From Candidatus Microgenomates bacterium (GTDB lineage Bacteria > Patescibacteriota > Microgenomatia > UBA8517 > JACQJR01): DNA of 64,000 bases. Location of the stretch: NCBI GenBank assembly GCA_016204995.1, contig JACQJR010000001.1:305132-369131 (forward strand). The letters are read 5' to 3'. Every line of letters begins with the position of its first letter. Positions within the stretch are counted from its first letter, which is position 1. The translations under genes were made by a program, and so were the position numbers. Shown piece after piece: positions 39,334 to 49,033 of the stretch. The notes below the pieces were generated by a model. That model was not told the DNA's origin. It saw only the letters and a list, made by a program, of their open reading frames with translations, and did not search any database.

Positions 39334-39657
39334 GCTTTGGAGGTTGGTAAGCCAGGTTCTGTTTCCCTGCCTGCGCAGGCAGGTAGACAATCATCTTTCT
39401 AACGCCCTCATCCTCGGTCCTCGGGAAAGCATCCTAATAACGGACCAGTCGGAGGTTGCAGCGGGGAGGATTACCTCTTTTCACTCTCTTTCTCCAACCT
39501 TTCGGTTAGAAATGAGTCGTAGTCTCTGTGGCTCTAACTAGGTACATTCATGTAACTGAACGTACTGCCGGCTTGCGCCGACCACCCTGCTTTCAGCTGC
39601 CTGGACTTTCCTCTACATTCATGTAACTGAACGTAGCGATTGTCCTGCCTCCAAAGC
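39334..39657 (-). ncRNA. rnpB: RNase P RNA (bacterial, reduced size)
   Basis: minus strand carries P4 5' strand GAGGAAAGTCCAGGC and P4 3' strand ACAGAACCTGGCTTA; 10-bp P1 pairing GCTTTGGAGG / CCTCCAAAGC closes the molecule. Confidence 0.7.
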
Positions 39658-39675
39658 AGGATTATTATACCATTT

Positions 39676-40653
39676 TTAGCCTAGCAATTTCCAGTCTTTG
39701 GCAAATTCAAAAAAGGTCTCCTTAAACACCAACAAGAGAGGCACGGCCAAAGTTGCTCCCATAATTCCCCCCAGTTCTGCTCCCACTGCTAAAGCTATCA
39801 GCGTGGCTAAAGGCGGCAAACCGACTGATTTTTGCATCACCTTGGGGGCGATAAAACTGTTTTCCAACTGCTGTACTAAAAAATAAAGGGCGGCCACTGA
39901 AAAACCCATCACTGGCGAAATGGTAAAGCCGACAATTACAGCCGGAACAGCAGACACAATCGGGCCGACAGTAGGCACAATCTCCAGAAGGCCCGCTAAA
40001 AGAGCCAAGGGCAAGGCAAAATGCATGCCTAGAAGCCTTAAACCAATGTAGGTAATCAGGCCGATAATCGTCATCAAAATTAATTCTCCCCTGACCCAAC
40101 TACCCAATCTTTTCTCTGTTCGGCCAATGAATAGTTTAACCCTCTCTTCGTTACGGCCAAATAAGTGCAGTAGACGAGTATCCAGACTGCCGCGCTCCAA
40201 AAGGATATAAAAACTCAAGACCAAGACGATAAAAACCGACACAATGTTGCTAAAAAGCGAAACCGTAAATTGCAAAACATTAGCCGGCAGTTTGCCAATG
40301 TTGGCTAATTGTTCTGATAATACTTTCTGGTCTATGCCCGCGCCGCCCAGAGTGGTTAGATAGTCTGGTAAACGAGCCGCCAGCAGTGATGTTTGATCTA
40401 CCAGGGGTGGAATCAAACTGGCCGCCACTCCCAAAATAGACCCAATTAGCAAAAGGTAGACTAATAAAATGGCTAAAGCTCGTGGCAATCTTAATCTGGT
40501 TAATTGATTAACTAAAGGATTAAGAGCGGTCGCCAGTAAAAAGGCAATAAATAGCGCCAAAGCTACACTCTTGATTTGCCACACCACCCATAAACCAATC
40601 AGAAAAAAGACGGTAAAGATAATGGTGCGATGAGAGATTTCAATAGTTTTCAT
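39676..40653 (-). CDS. AI-2E family transporter (PerM/UPF0118 permease)
   Basis: 325 aa, 8 TM, typical AI-2E N-terminal arrangement. Confidence 0.75.
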   Translation of the reverse strand: MKTIEISHRTIIFTVFFLIGLWVVWQIKSVALALFIAFLLATALNPLVNQLTRLRLPRALAILLVYLLLIGSILGVAASLIPPLVDQTSLLAARLPDYLTTLGGAGIDQKVLSEQLANIGKLPANVLQFTVSLFSNIVSVFIVLVLSFYILLERGSLDTRLLHLFGRNEERVKLFIGRTEKRLGSWVRGELILMTIIGLITYIGLRLLGMHFALPLALLAGLLEIVPTVGPIVSAVPAVIVGFTISPVMGFSVAALYFLVQQLENSFIAPKVMQKSVGLPPLATLIALAVGAELGGIMGATLAVPLLLVFKETFFEFAKDWKLLG

Positions 40654-41618
40654 ATAGTATTATTGTACCATTTTTCTACCTTTTCCACCATTCTTTGCTC
40701 CACGTTAGACTCACTAATGTCAAACCAGACAATTTCTTTCTCTCTCTTAAACCAGGTCATTTGCCGTCTGGCATATTGCCATTCACCATTTTTAATTTTT
40801 GCAATGACTGCCTCGCGGCTCATTTTTTTCTCAAAATACGGCCGCCACTCTCTATACCCCAAAGCGCTCATCGCCTGATCTTCCCATCTGACACCATTTG
40901 CTAGCAATTTTATTACTTCTTTTTCCAAACCTTCCTTAATCCATTGATCAACTCTGCTGTTAATACGCACCTTGAGTATCTCCGGTTTGGCCATCAAACC
41001 TATCATTATTACATCTAAATTATCCCATTCCGAATTAATCTTTTTTGGTAAATCCGACTGGGCAATCTCAATTTTACGCAACAGGCGAACTTTGTTTTTT
41101 CTATCTGAAGAATTCAAACGACCAACCACCTCTGGGTCCAGATGAAATAAAATATCAAGCAGTTCTACGGTGGATTTATTCTCGTAAGCTTGACGTAGCT
41201 CGCGATTAGGCGGAACACCCAAAGTGTCAATGCCGCTCGTTACTGCTTTAATATATAAACCAGTTCCACCAACTAAAATAGGTAGTTTGTCTTTTTGCCA
41301 AATGCCCGTGATCACTTGATGAGCAAGCTCATGATAACCAGCCACTGAAAAATTTTCCCTTGGACTGACAACGTCTAATAACCACACTGGAATATTATTC
41401 CAGAAATAGCATCCAATTCTTCTATTCCTAAATTTGAAATTTGAAATTTGAAATTTGAAATTGACTGGTAAATCCTTACCAGTCGCTATATCCATACCCC
41501 TATAAACCTGCCGAGAATCAGCCGAGACTATTTCGCCATTAAATTGTTGAGCTAGTTTTACCCCGACTTGAGTTTTACCAGTAGCTGTCGGCCCGCAGAT
41601 TATTAGTAGCTTCTTCAT
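40650..41618 (-). CDS. miaA: tRNA dimethylallyltransferase
   Basis: P-loop ICGPTATGKT; carries a ~17-aa in-frame insertion (NFKFQISNFKFRN) encoded by a heptamer array. Confidence 0.9.
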   Translation of the reverse strand: MKKLLIICGPTATGKTQVGVKLAQQFNGEIVSADSRQVYRGMDIATGKDLPVNFKFQISNFKFRNRRIGCYFWNNIPVWLLDVVSPRENFSVAGYHELAHQVITGIWQKDKLPILVGGTGLYIKAVTSGIDTLGVPPNRELRQAYENKSTVELLDILFHLDPEVVGRLNSSDRKNKVRLLRKIEIAQSDLPKKINSEWDNLDVIMIGLMAKPEILKVRINSRVDQWIKEGLEKEVIKLLANGVRWEDQAMSALGYREWRPYFEKKMSREAVIAKIKNGEWQYARRQMTWFKREKEIVWFDISESNVEQRMVEKVEKWYNNTI

Positions 41619-41663
41619 GGTATAATTAAAGCATAGCCAGGCTTAAAGAACAAAAAGTACTGT

Positions 41664-41939
41664 ATGAATAATTATTTAGGCTTTGATCCTCTTGTTTTTC
41701 TAGGGATATCTAACATAAAGGCTGAAGATAAAGAAAATTTAAACCACGAAATTTTTAATAGCTTATCCCAATATTTAGTAATTCGCCTAGCAGAATTGCT
41801 GCCCACCCAAGAATTGGAAAAAACCAATGATATTACCGAATTATTTGCTTTGGCAGAAAAAACTATTCCCGATTTTAAAGATAAAATAAAATCTTTTCTG
41901 ACGGACTTTAAGCAGGAATTTAACAGTAAAAAAAATTAA
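41664..41939 (+). CDS. hypothetical protein
   Basis: ORF track only. Confidence 0.35.
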   Translation: MNNYLGFDPLVFLGISNIKAEDKENLNHEIFNSLSQYLVIRLAELLPTQELEKTNDITELFALAEKTIPDFKDKIKSFLTDFKQEFNSKKN

Positions 41940-41942
41940 AAT

Positions 41943-43214
41943 ATGGAAGATAGCGGCCTGGAAGTACCAACACAAGAACAAGGCATTGAGACTCCATCTG
42001 GGGTAGAAAATCATGCGAATATTGCTGACAGTGTTACAGAACAACGCTTCCAAAAACTATCAGATGATAAAAAGGAAAATGTTAAAAAAATTATTGGCGG
42101 CGGAAGACTTGTCAGGCTCTTAGCTATCGCCACCCTGTTGGTTTCGATCGGCTGCGGCAATGTTGAGAAACCCACTCTTAATTATCCTCCAGTTGTAACA
42201 CCTGTTATCCGATCAGAAATTCCACCTGTGGCTACTCCTACACCTGAAAAACCACCATTGCCGCCGGATATTATTCCCGAGAACGAACTTGCGCAAAAAT
42301 ACAATACCAGAGTTTGGAATACTCCGGATATCAAGTTGCACATCAGACGAGAAGCCGTTAACAATGAACCACAGCTCCAGGATCTGGCGGCGGGAAAATT
42401 TGGAGGAGGACTGGACATAGTCTTACTTGATGGACCCTTTATACATAGTTCATTTTTGAGCCCCGAACAACGAGCTAATCTGCCCGGATTGGTAACCATC
42501 CTTGAACCTAAAGAAAAAATGGTTGAAGAAGAAAGAAGGAATAACTTTGAAAAAAATAAACCGGATGTTATACGAGCTATACAAACAGAAACTGAGGCAC
42601 TTGAAAACAAGTTAAAAAATGGCAAAATTGATCAGGATTACTTTAACGTCCAAAAGGAATTGCTGAAGGAACAATTCAAACCTTATTTGGAAGGACCCAC
42701 GACATATGACTTAATAGGAAATAGATATGCGGGTATGTATTTGGTTAATATGGAATATAAACAAGATCCTCTTGCCAGCCTTTTGAAAGTTGAGACCGCG
42801 CAACAGAAGCCTGTTTTGAAAGTATATATTCTACTAGCGGTGGGTAAATCAGTTATTAACGAAAAAACTATTCAGAGTGGACAAGTAAGAGCTAGTGTAA
42901 GCAGCGGTTTTGGAGTTTCACAGCTTAGAGTTGAACAATCATATCCTAATCCAGGTAAGTATATTATATCAACAGGATTGGAAGGCGATCAGTATCCGGT
43001 GGGTGCACAGAGTCAAGGCTTTACCCTGCGACATGAATTTGCCCATAGAGTAGCGGATCATCCGCAAACAGACTGGGTAGCTCTGGAAAAAATCAAACAG
43101 GCCTATGATGCTTATCAAAAAGGAGACGACAGTGGTTATTATTTTGTCTTTGAAACCCCGGAAGGAAATGTAACTACCGCCGTTCACCAACCCATACAAA
43201 ATCCAGCAATCTGA
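41943..43214 (+). CDS. membrane-anchored putative zinc metallopeptidase (HExxH)
   Basis: signal-anchor helix after a ~55-aa N-terminal tail; Pro-rich spacer; HEFAH motif. Confidence 0.45.
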   Translation: MEDSGLEVPTQEQGIETPSGVENHANIADSVTEQRFQKLSDDKKENVKKIIGGGRLVRLLAIATLLVSIGCGNVEKPTLNYPPVVTPVIRSEIPPVATPTPEKPPLPPDIIPENELAQKYNTRVWNTPDIKLHIRREAVNNEPQLQDLAAGKFGGGLDIVLLDGPFIHSSFLSPEQRANLPGLVTILEPKEKMVEEERRNNFEKNKPDVIRAIQTETEALENKLKNGKIDQDYFNVQKELLKEQFKPYLEGPTTYDLIGNRYAGMYLVNMEYKQDPLASLLKVETAQQKPVLKVYILLAVGKSVINEKTIQSGQVRASVSSGFGVSQLRVEQSYPNPGKYIISTGLEGDQYPVGAQSQGFTLRHEFAHRVADHPQTDWVALEKIKQAYDAYQKGDDSGYYFVFETPEGNVTTAVHQPIQNPAI

Positions 43215-43238
43215 AATCAAATAGCGTATAATACAAAC

Positions 43239-43652
43239 ATGACTGAGGCTCAAGAACAACTAAACCTACAAGCACAAATCATTGAACGGGTAAAACAGCT
43301 GGTGGAAGAAAGTAAGCTGGCAGGCTATTCAGTAGATTTTTCTCACTTTTCCCCTCAAGACCCAGAAATAGCTTTTAGAATTTTAGGGCCAATTCAAAAT
43401 ATGAGATTAATATTATCTGATAGAGATGACGGCAGTGTTCAATTACAAATACATAATCAATATCCTACTAAAGAAGTGCAAGTTATCTATTTAGAACTTC
43501 CATCAAAAGGGCCACAATCCTTCACTGAATACAAGGTAGTCTATAACCAGAGAAACGAAAGTATGTATACCACACCCACTCCAATTTCCGCTGGCGTCAG
43601 AGAAGAAACTTTACAAACCTTTAACGATCTTTTGGATCGGATAAAATCTTAA
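43239..43652 (+). CDS. hypothetical protein
   Basis: ORF track only. Confidence 0.35.
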   Translation: MTEAQEQLNLQAQIIERVKQLVEESKLAGYSVDFSHFSPQDPEIAFRILGPIQNMRLILSDRDDGSVQLQIHNQYPTKEVQVIYLELPSKGPQSFTEYKVVYNQRNESMYTTPTPISAGVREETLQTFNDLLDRIKS

Positions 43653-44668
43653 TCAAAAAGAGATACTAATCGTTTTAATTCTTTCCTGGCTGCTTCAACT
43701 ATCAAAGGTGTTTGCAATTTATCAGCATCAAGCATATACCGATCCACCATTAAAGCTGGCACTGCTCTTTCTAAAAGAGCTAAATCAATTAAATGTTTTC
43801 CACCGTGATGTTTTTTAACTTCTGCCAGATTATAAATTTTAGATAGCCACTTTTGTCTTTCTGCTTCCAGCATTTCCGATGTTAAATTTTCTACCCCTCC
43901 CATCCCCAACATCCGCCAGTGATAGCCAAAAACGGCATCATAAAAAGGATTTTTCCAACCCCAAAATAAATTGGAAAAAAGGACCGCTTCTCCGCTGGCA
44001 GTCACAATTAAATCCCCTGGTTGAAAATGGCCATGGACAAATTCCAGATCATCCACTGTCGTATTATCTTCTATAATCTTAATCGCCTTTTCGGTCAACT
44101 CTTTATCTGTCGACAAACCTAAGTGATCTCTTTTAACTTCTTCTGCTACTGCCGCCTGCCAGTTGGAAACGCGCTCACGGTAATTATATTCCTGTGGTTT
44201 AGCAACCCAGGGAAAATTCCGGCAATTTGCTCTGTATTCCTCATATAAATTAAAAAATTGGTCAAGATCTTTGGCTGGCTGACCTTTAACCTCCTCCATA
44301 ATTATGGCTTCGTATTGTCTTATTTCATTCCAGGGCAAGTGGGCATAAATGTGCGGTGGACGGATAATTTTACTTTTGTTTTGACGGCTAAATTCGGTAA
44401 TCATCGTTGCTTCGGAAGTTGGCGGTTTTGTCCCCTGGATTTTTAAAATGGCGCGAGTTTCTTTCCCATCCTGTAATAAAATACCCGGTAAATGGACGGC
44501 TCCCACTTTACCAGTCTTCCACCAGGCGCTTTGGCGCAAAAATTCTCTTTCGGGCAGAAAACTAGTTTTTGCCGCAATATCATCCACTAATTGCCAAATT
44601 CTGGGAGCAAGATCCACACCTTCTGTTCTCATAGTAGTAACATCGTTTGCCGAATATGCCTTAGCCAC
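43649..44668 (-). CDS. phosphotransferase (APH/choline-kinase-like protein-kinase fold)
   Basis: VHGHFQPGDLIV resembles the HGDxxxxN catalytic loop; 339 aa. Confidence 0.5.
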   Translation of the reverse strand: MAKAYSANDVTTMRTEGVDLAPRIWQLVDDIAAKTSFLPEREFLRQSAWWKTGKVGAVHLPGILLQDGKETRAILKIQGTKPPTSEATMITEFSRQNKSKIIRPPHIYAHLPWNEIRQYEAIIMEEVKGQPAKDLDQFFNLYEEYRANCRNFPWVAKPQEYNYRERVSNWQAAVAEEVKRDHLGLSTDKELTEKAIKIIEDNTTVDDLEFVHGHFQPGDLIVTASGEAVLFSNLFWGWKNPFYDAVFGYHWRMLGMGGVENLTSEMLEAERQKWLSKIYNLAEVKKHHGGKHLIDLALLERAVPALMVDRYMLDADKLQTPLIVEAARKELKRLVSLFD

Positions 44669-44680
44669 GAGGTAATTATA

Positions 44681-44956
44681 CTACTTCTTGATAATTCGCT
44701 TGAGGGTTTTACCGGGGATAAAACGGGGAAGACGATGGGCGGGGACATGTTTTTCTACACCAGTCTTAGGCACAATTACTTTCTTGGCCTTCATCTGAAT
44801 GACGTGGAAAGTACCAAAGCCGGATAAAACTACCCGCTCACCTTTTTGCAGCTGCCGCAGAATCTCTGCCAAAAAGACGCCTACAGCTTCTTCGGCCGCT
44901 TTCTTAGTCATATGACCTTTGCGGGCTACAATATCAATCATCTGTCTTTTAGTCAT
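44681..44956 (-). CDS. hup: DNA-binding protein HU
   Basis: 91 aa, HU/IHF signature (GFGTF, RNPxTG-like arm). Confidence 0.9.
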   Translation of the reverse strand: MTKRQMIDIVARKGHMTKKAAEEAVGVFLAEILRQLQKGERVVLSGFGTFHVIQMKAKKVIVPKTGVEKHVPAHRLPRFIPGKTLKRIIKK

Positions 44957-45004
44957 CGTAGATGAGATTAATACAAACTTTCCGCCTTGTCAAGCTAAAG
45001 AGTC

Positions 45005-46486
45005 CTACTCTGTGGTGGAATTTGGGTAAACTAAATAAAATAACGGCTTACTATGCCATAATCCTAGTAAATGTGGGTCATACGTCACCACATTTTTATC
45101 CCAAGGTAAAATTTTCAGCTTGCCAGAACTAAGATCAATAATCACAAAATTTTTCTGATAATCTATACCATAGATTTTATTATTATCTAACCAACTTATC
45201 CATGGAATAGATATTTTCTTATTTAGAGTAATTCTTTGTTCTATTTGTTTTGTTTCTAAAGAAATAGTTAAAAAATCCTCATCAGTTAAAATACCAACCA
45301 TCTTTTCTGTAGAATTGAGTATCAAAGTACCATCCTTAATAGTTTTTAGATCAAAAACTATTTCCTTTTCTCCGGTTGTGATATTTTGCAGATAAAGCGT
45401 ATCGTATATTTTTTCATCACTCTTAAAACCTCCTTCAAAACCAGGCACTGTTGAAGCCAGCAAGATAGCATTTTTCTCCTTGATAGATCCAATGTAGCGT
45501 GAGTCTGGAGAACAACCTGCTCCAGTTTTGGCAATCTTTTTAGCTATGCTATTTTTATAAACAACAATTTCCCCATAGCCACCACAACCATCTCCGCCAA
45601 AAGAGGCAATTACGTCTCCAGCAGAAGACTTGAAAAGATAGTCCAAGTTGCCATAATATACTGGCTGATGTGGTCCGATAACTCGCACAGAATTGTCTTT
45701 TAAATTGACATCCTTAATGATTAATTTTTCCTCCATCCCCGAGGAGTTGTTATCCGCAGGCAAGGAAAGTGCCGGGGGTTTTTCTGTTACATAAAGATGG
45801 TCTGCTGCATCTGAAAGACTGAAATTATATATCGTTTCTCCTGTGTTTTCAGAAAATATTTCCTCCGACTTTTGGGAGGATAGGGAATACTTAACAATTT
45901 TATCCCTACTACCGATATAAATATTATCTTTCTTATCCATGATAGGAGTTAAATCTCCGAAATAATCATTTGTAGTAATTGAAAAAGAAGTTAGTTTGAC
46001 CAACTGGCCATTTTCCTCAAGACTAAATACAGCTAATTCATGGATAGGAATTGGCTCTACAAACTCACTTTCATCAATTCTCTGTAGAGAATAATGAGCA
46101 AATTGAGGTTTTAGCACAACTTTTACCAAAAAAAGTAATACTAATCCTAGAATTAAACTAGCTACTAAAGTAAATTTCAGGGTATCTTGATTCTTTTCTA
46201 TTGTTTTGTTTTCTTCCAATAAAGGCTCTTCACCTACTGCTACATTATTTTCCCCTTCCTTTTTATGAAATTTAAATGTAATTAAATACGCCACTGTCCC
46301 GGGAATAATGGCAAATAAAGCAAAAAATAATAATAAGGAAAGTAAAATATTATCCATTAGCCAGGCTGCTTTGGCATGGGAAATTTGTGAGAAAATACCG
46401 ACAAATAACAGATAGTCTAATAAAACCATTCCTATAAATGCAGCCAGGAAAATTAAAGTCTTTCTGGAAAAAAATAATTGTTTCAT
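45005..46486 (-). CDS. membrane protein with large extracytoplasmic beta-rich domain
   Basis: 4 N-terminal TM helices, 493 aa. Confidence 0.45.
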   Translation of the reverse strand: MKQLFFSRKTLIFLAAFIGMVLLDYLLFVGIFSQISHAKAAWLMDNILLSLLLFFALFAIIPGTVAYLITFKFHKKEGENNVAVGEEPLLEENKTIEKNQDTLKFTLVASLILGLVLLFLVKVVLKPQFAHYSLQRIDESEFVEPIPIHELAVFSLEENGQLVKLTSFSITTNDYFGDLTPIMDKKDNIYIGSRDKIVKYSLSSQKSEEIFSENTGETIYNFSLSDAADHLYVTEKPPALSLPADNNSSGMEEKLIIKDVNLKDNSVRVIGPHQPVYYGNLDYLFKSSAGDVIASFGGDGCGGYGEIVVYKNSIAKKIAKTGAGCSPDSRYIGSIKEKNAILLASTVPGFEGGFKSDEKIYDTLYLQNITTGEKEIVFDLKTIKDGTLILNSTEKMVGILTDEDFLTISLETKQIEQRITLNKKISIPWISWLDNNKIYGIDYQKNFVIIDLSSGKLKILPWDKNVVTYDPHLLGLWHSKPLFYLVYPNSTTE

Positions 46487-46488
46487 AA

Positions 46489-46962
46489 TTAAAACTTTAG
46501 CAAAAAGATTCCCATAATGTCATTCCTATGAACAAAATTATCTTTAATATTGATCACGTCTTGCCTATTATCCCCAATAATAAAATATTTATAATTTTCT
46601 ACCTTTACCCAATCCCCAGGTGTATAAGACACAGTTTTGGTATTAGCTGGCAAATATTCTTCCAGCAACCGATACTTTTGATCATTATCGTCAAGATAAA
46701 CATTGCCTTTAGTAATTCTAATTGATTCTAAAGGTAAACCGATTACACGACCGATATGCAAACCTTGGTCGTTTTCTTTCTTATAAAGAACAACGTCTGC
46801 TCTACTAGGATTAATCGCAGCCAAGGAGCGGCGAAAGATAACTAACTGGCCATTTTTTAAAGTGGGCTCCATGGATTGACCAGCAACTTTTTTAAGATCG
46901 AGAAATGTGGAAGTAAAAACTATTAAAACTACTAAGATTAAAACATGAATTAGATATTTCAT
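46489..46962 (-). CDS. lepB: signal peptidase I
   Basis: catalytic Ser box GQSMEPTL, Lys box, GDNRQDV box E. Confidence 0.85.
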   Translation of the reverse strand: MKYLIHVLILVVLIVFTSTFLDLKKVAGQSMEPTLKNGQLVIFRRSLAAINPSRADVVLYKKENDQGLHIGRVIGLPLESIRITKGNVYLDDNDQKYRLLEEYLPANTKTVSYTPGDWVKVENYKYFIIGDNRQDVINIKDNFVHRNDIMGIFLLKF

Positions 46963-46984
46963 CTAATTTTAAGTATAGCATCTA

Positions 46985-47701
46985 TTATTGTCTAAAATGT
47001 TTCTTGGCTACTTCTAAAAAGATGAGAGGCAGGTCTTGGCCATAATTTTTATTAGAAAATACATGGATTAAACCATCTAAGGTAGCTAGAACATGAGCAT
47101 AGGTATCTATTCTATCTGTTAATAATTCATTTCCCATCAAAGTAAAATCACAAGCAGTCAGATTAGCCATAAAATATCGCGGCCATATGTTAACCAAAGA
47201 CCCTTGATAATTATTGTCTATCAAGCGCCAATAGGGAAGTTTCCGCAAATTTGTCAAAAAATTTTGATAGGGAAAAGGCGCTGAATAAGAAGAGTGATTG
47301 TTTTTTAGCGGAACTTCTATAACTTCTCCATTTAAGTAATCAGGATGAATAACTTGGGTAGCCAGATTGGCTTTTTGGGCCAAGCGGTGCAATTTTTCCG
47401 CGTCTTGGACAATGGTACCTATTCTCTGGGGAATTGTTTTGTCATCCTCACTGGCAATCCTTTGGCGGGCTAATTCTAACATCGGTGGGGAAAACCGCTC
47501 TAGAAATTGGCTAGAAAGAGGTACTTCTACGGTAAATTCAGCACCTGTTTCATTTTCATTCGGATTACTGTCGCTCCCATAAATAATGTCCAGTTTTCTA
47601 ATGCCTTCTCTAGTTTTCTTTAAAACAAATTGATTAAGTGAATGCTTCCGCAAAGCAGAACCAGAAGCAATTATTTCCCGTCTAACCTCTTTCGTACTCA
47701 T
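46985..47701 (-). CDS. hypothetical protein
   Basis: ORF track only. Confidence 0.35.
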   Translation of the reverse strand: MSTKEVRREIIASGSALRKHSLNQFVLKKTREGIRKLDIIYGSDSNPNENETGAEFTVEVPLSSQFLERFSPPMLELARQRIASEDDKTIPQRIGTIVQDAEKLHRLAQKANLATQVIHPDYLNGEVIEVPLKNNHSSYSAPFPYQNFLTNLRKLPYWRLIDNNYQGSLVNIWPRYFMANLTACDFTLMGNELLTDRIDTYAHVLATLDGLIHVFSNKNYGQDLPLIFLEVAKKHFRQ

Positions 47702-47719
47702 AAAAATTGAGGCAGATGA

Positions 47720-48889
47720 TTACTTAGCTTTAGTGGTAGCTTCAGATCGGAGTTCTCGAATGACAGTGACTTTAATTTGGCCGGCATAGGAAACTTCATT
47801 TTCCAACTTTTTAGCAATATCATGGGCCAGGATAGTAGTTTTAGCATCATCCACCTCTTCCGGTTTAACCAAAACTCTGACTTCCCGGCCGGCTTGGAAA
47901 GCATAACCCTGTTCCACTCCCGGGAAACTTTTAACAATTTCCTCAATATGACCCATGTGCTTGGCATAATCTTCAAAAGGCTCGTAGCGGGCGCCAGGCC
48001 GGGAACCGGAGATGGCATCGGAAATCCAAACTACTACTGATTCAATGGAAGAAAAAGGTATGTCTTCATGATGTTCGGCAATGGCATTAACTACTTTTTC
48101 CGGCAATCTGAATTTTTTAGCTACATTGACTCCCAAATCAATATGATTGCCCTCTTCTTCTGATATTACTTTACCCACGTCGCACAATAAACAAGCCGTT
48201 CTAACAATATCTAAATCTGCTCCTACTTCATGAGCCAGTTGCATACCAATTTTAGTTTGTTCAATTTGATGGAAAGCTAAATTTTGACCGTAAGAAGTTC
48301 TAAAGCGGTAACGGCCAATTAACCGTAAAAGATCTAAAGGTAAATTGAAAAGTTCTACTTCATGAGCAATCTTAGTCCCTTCTTCTAATAAAATCTCCTC
48401 CATTTGTTTCTTGGTTTGGGCCACTGCTTCTTCAATTTTTTCAGGCTGAATCCGGCCGTCGCGGATTAATTTTTCCAAAGCTCTACGGGCAATTTCCCGT
48501 CTAATGGAGTCAAAAGAAGAAATTCTAATGTCATTAGTCTCATCAATTTCAATCTCACAACCCGTAGCCTGTTCAAAAGCCCGGATATTTCTGCCCTCCC
48601 GGCCAATAATCCGCCCCTTAATTTCCTCATCAGGCACTCTGACACTGGAAACAGTGTATTCAGCTACGTATGAGGTAGCCCCATGCTCCATGGCATCAAT
48701 TAAAATTTCTTGAGCTTCTTGGCTGGCCTTTAGTTTGACTTCTTCTTCAGCCGCCCGGATTCTCTTGGCTACCTCTACAGAAAGATCTTTTTCTACCTCG
48801 GAAAGGAGTTCTTTTTTAGCTTCATCGCGGGTTAAACCTGCAATTTTTTCCAGTTTGGCTAAATAATCATCACGATTGGTCTTAGGCAT
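47720..48889 (-). CDS. rny: ribonuclease Y (KH + HD domains; lacks N-terminal TM)
   Basis: KH motif RIIGREGRNIRAFE; HD domain LAHEVG...DVGK. Confidence 0.85.
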   Translation of the reverse strand: MPKTNRDDYLAKLEKIAGLTRDEAKKELLSEVEKDLSVEVAKRIRAAEEEVKLKASQEAQEILIDAMEHGATSYVAEYTVSSVRVPDEEIKGRIIGREGRNIRAFEQATGCEIEIDETNDIRISSFDSIRREIARRALEKLIRDGRIQPEKIEEAVAQTKKQMEEILLEEGTKIAHEVELFNLPLDLLRLIGRYRFRTSYGQNLAFHQIEQTKIGMQLAHEVGADLDIVRTACLLCDVGKVISEEEGNHIDLGVNVAKKFRLPEKVVNAIAEHHEDIPFSSIESVVVWISDAISGSRPGARYEPFEDYAKHMGHIEEIVKSFPGVEQGYAFQAGREVRVLVKPEEVDDAKTTILAHDIAKKLENEVSYAGQIKVTVIRELRSEATTKAK

Positions 48890-49033
48890 AGGTTTGGGAA
48901 AATAGAAGTGGAGTAATCAACAGAGATTACACACCCATTTACAGAGTGTGGAGGCAAAATAAGCTCTTCTGACGAAAATTCTCGTACTTCATAATTCTCC
49001 TAAATAAATTATAGCACATTAACTAATTAATCA

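Noticed and set aside
39287-39541. 84-aa plus-strand ORF in the large gap between two minus-strand membrane-protein genes
   Set aside because: It overlaps the minus-strand RNase P RNA (P4 and P1 motifs), so the ORF is almost certainly spurious.
39641-39658. Hairpin TCCTGC-CTCCAAA-GCAGGA followed by a T-rich stretch, initially read as a plus-strand terminator
   Set aside because: It coincides with the P1 5' strand of rnpB on the opposite strand, and there is no plus-strand gene upstream to terminate.
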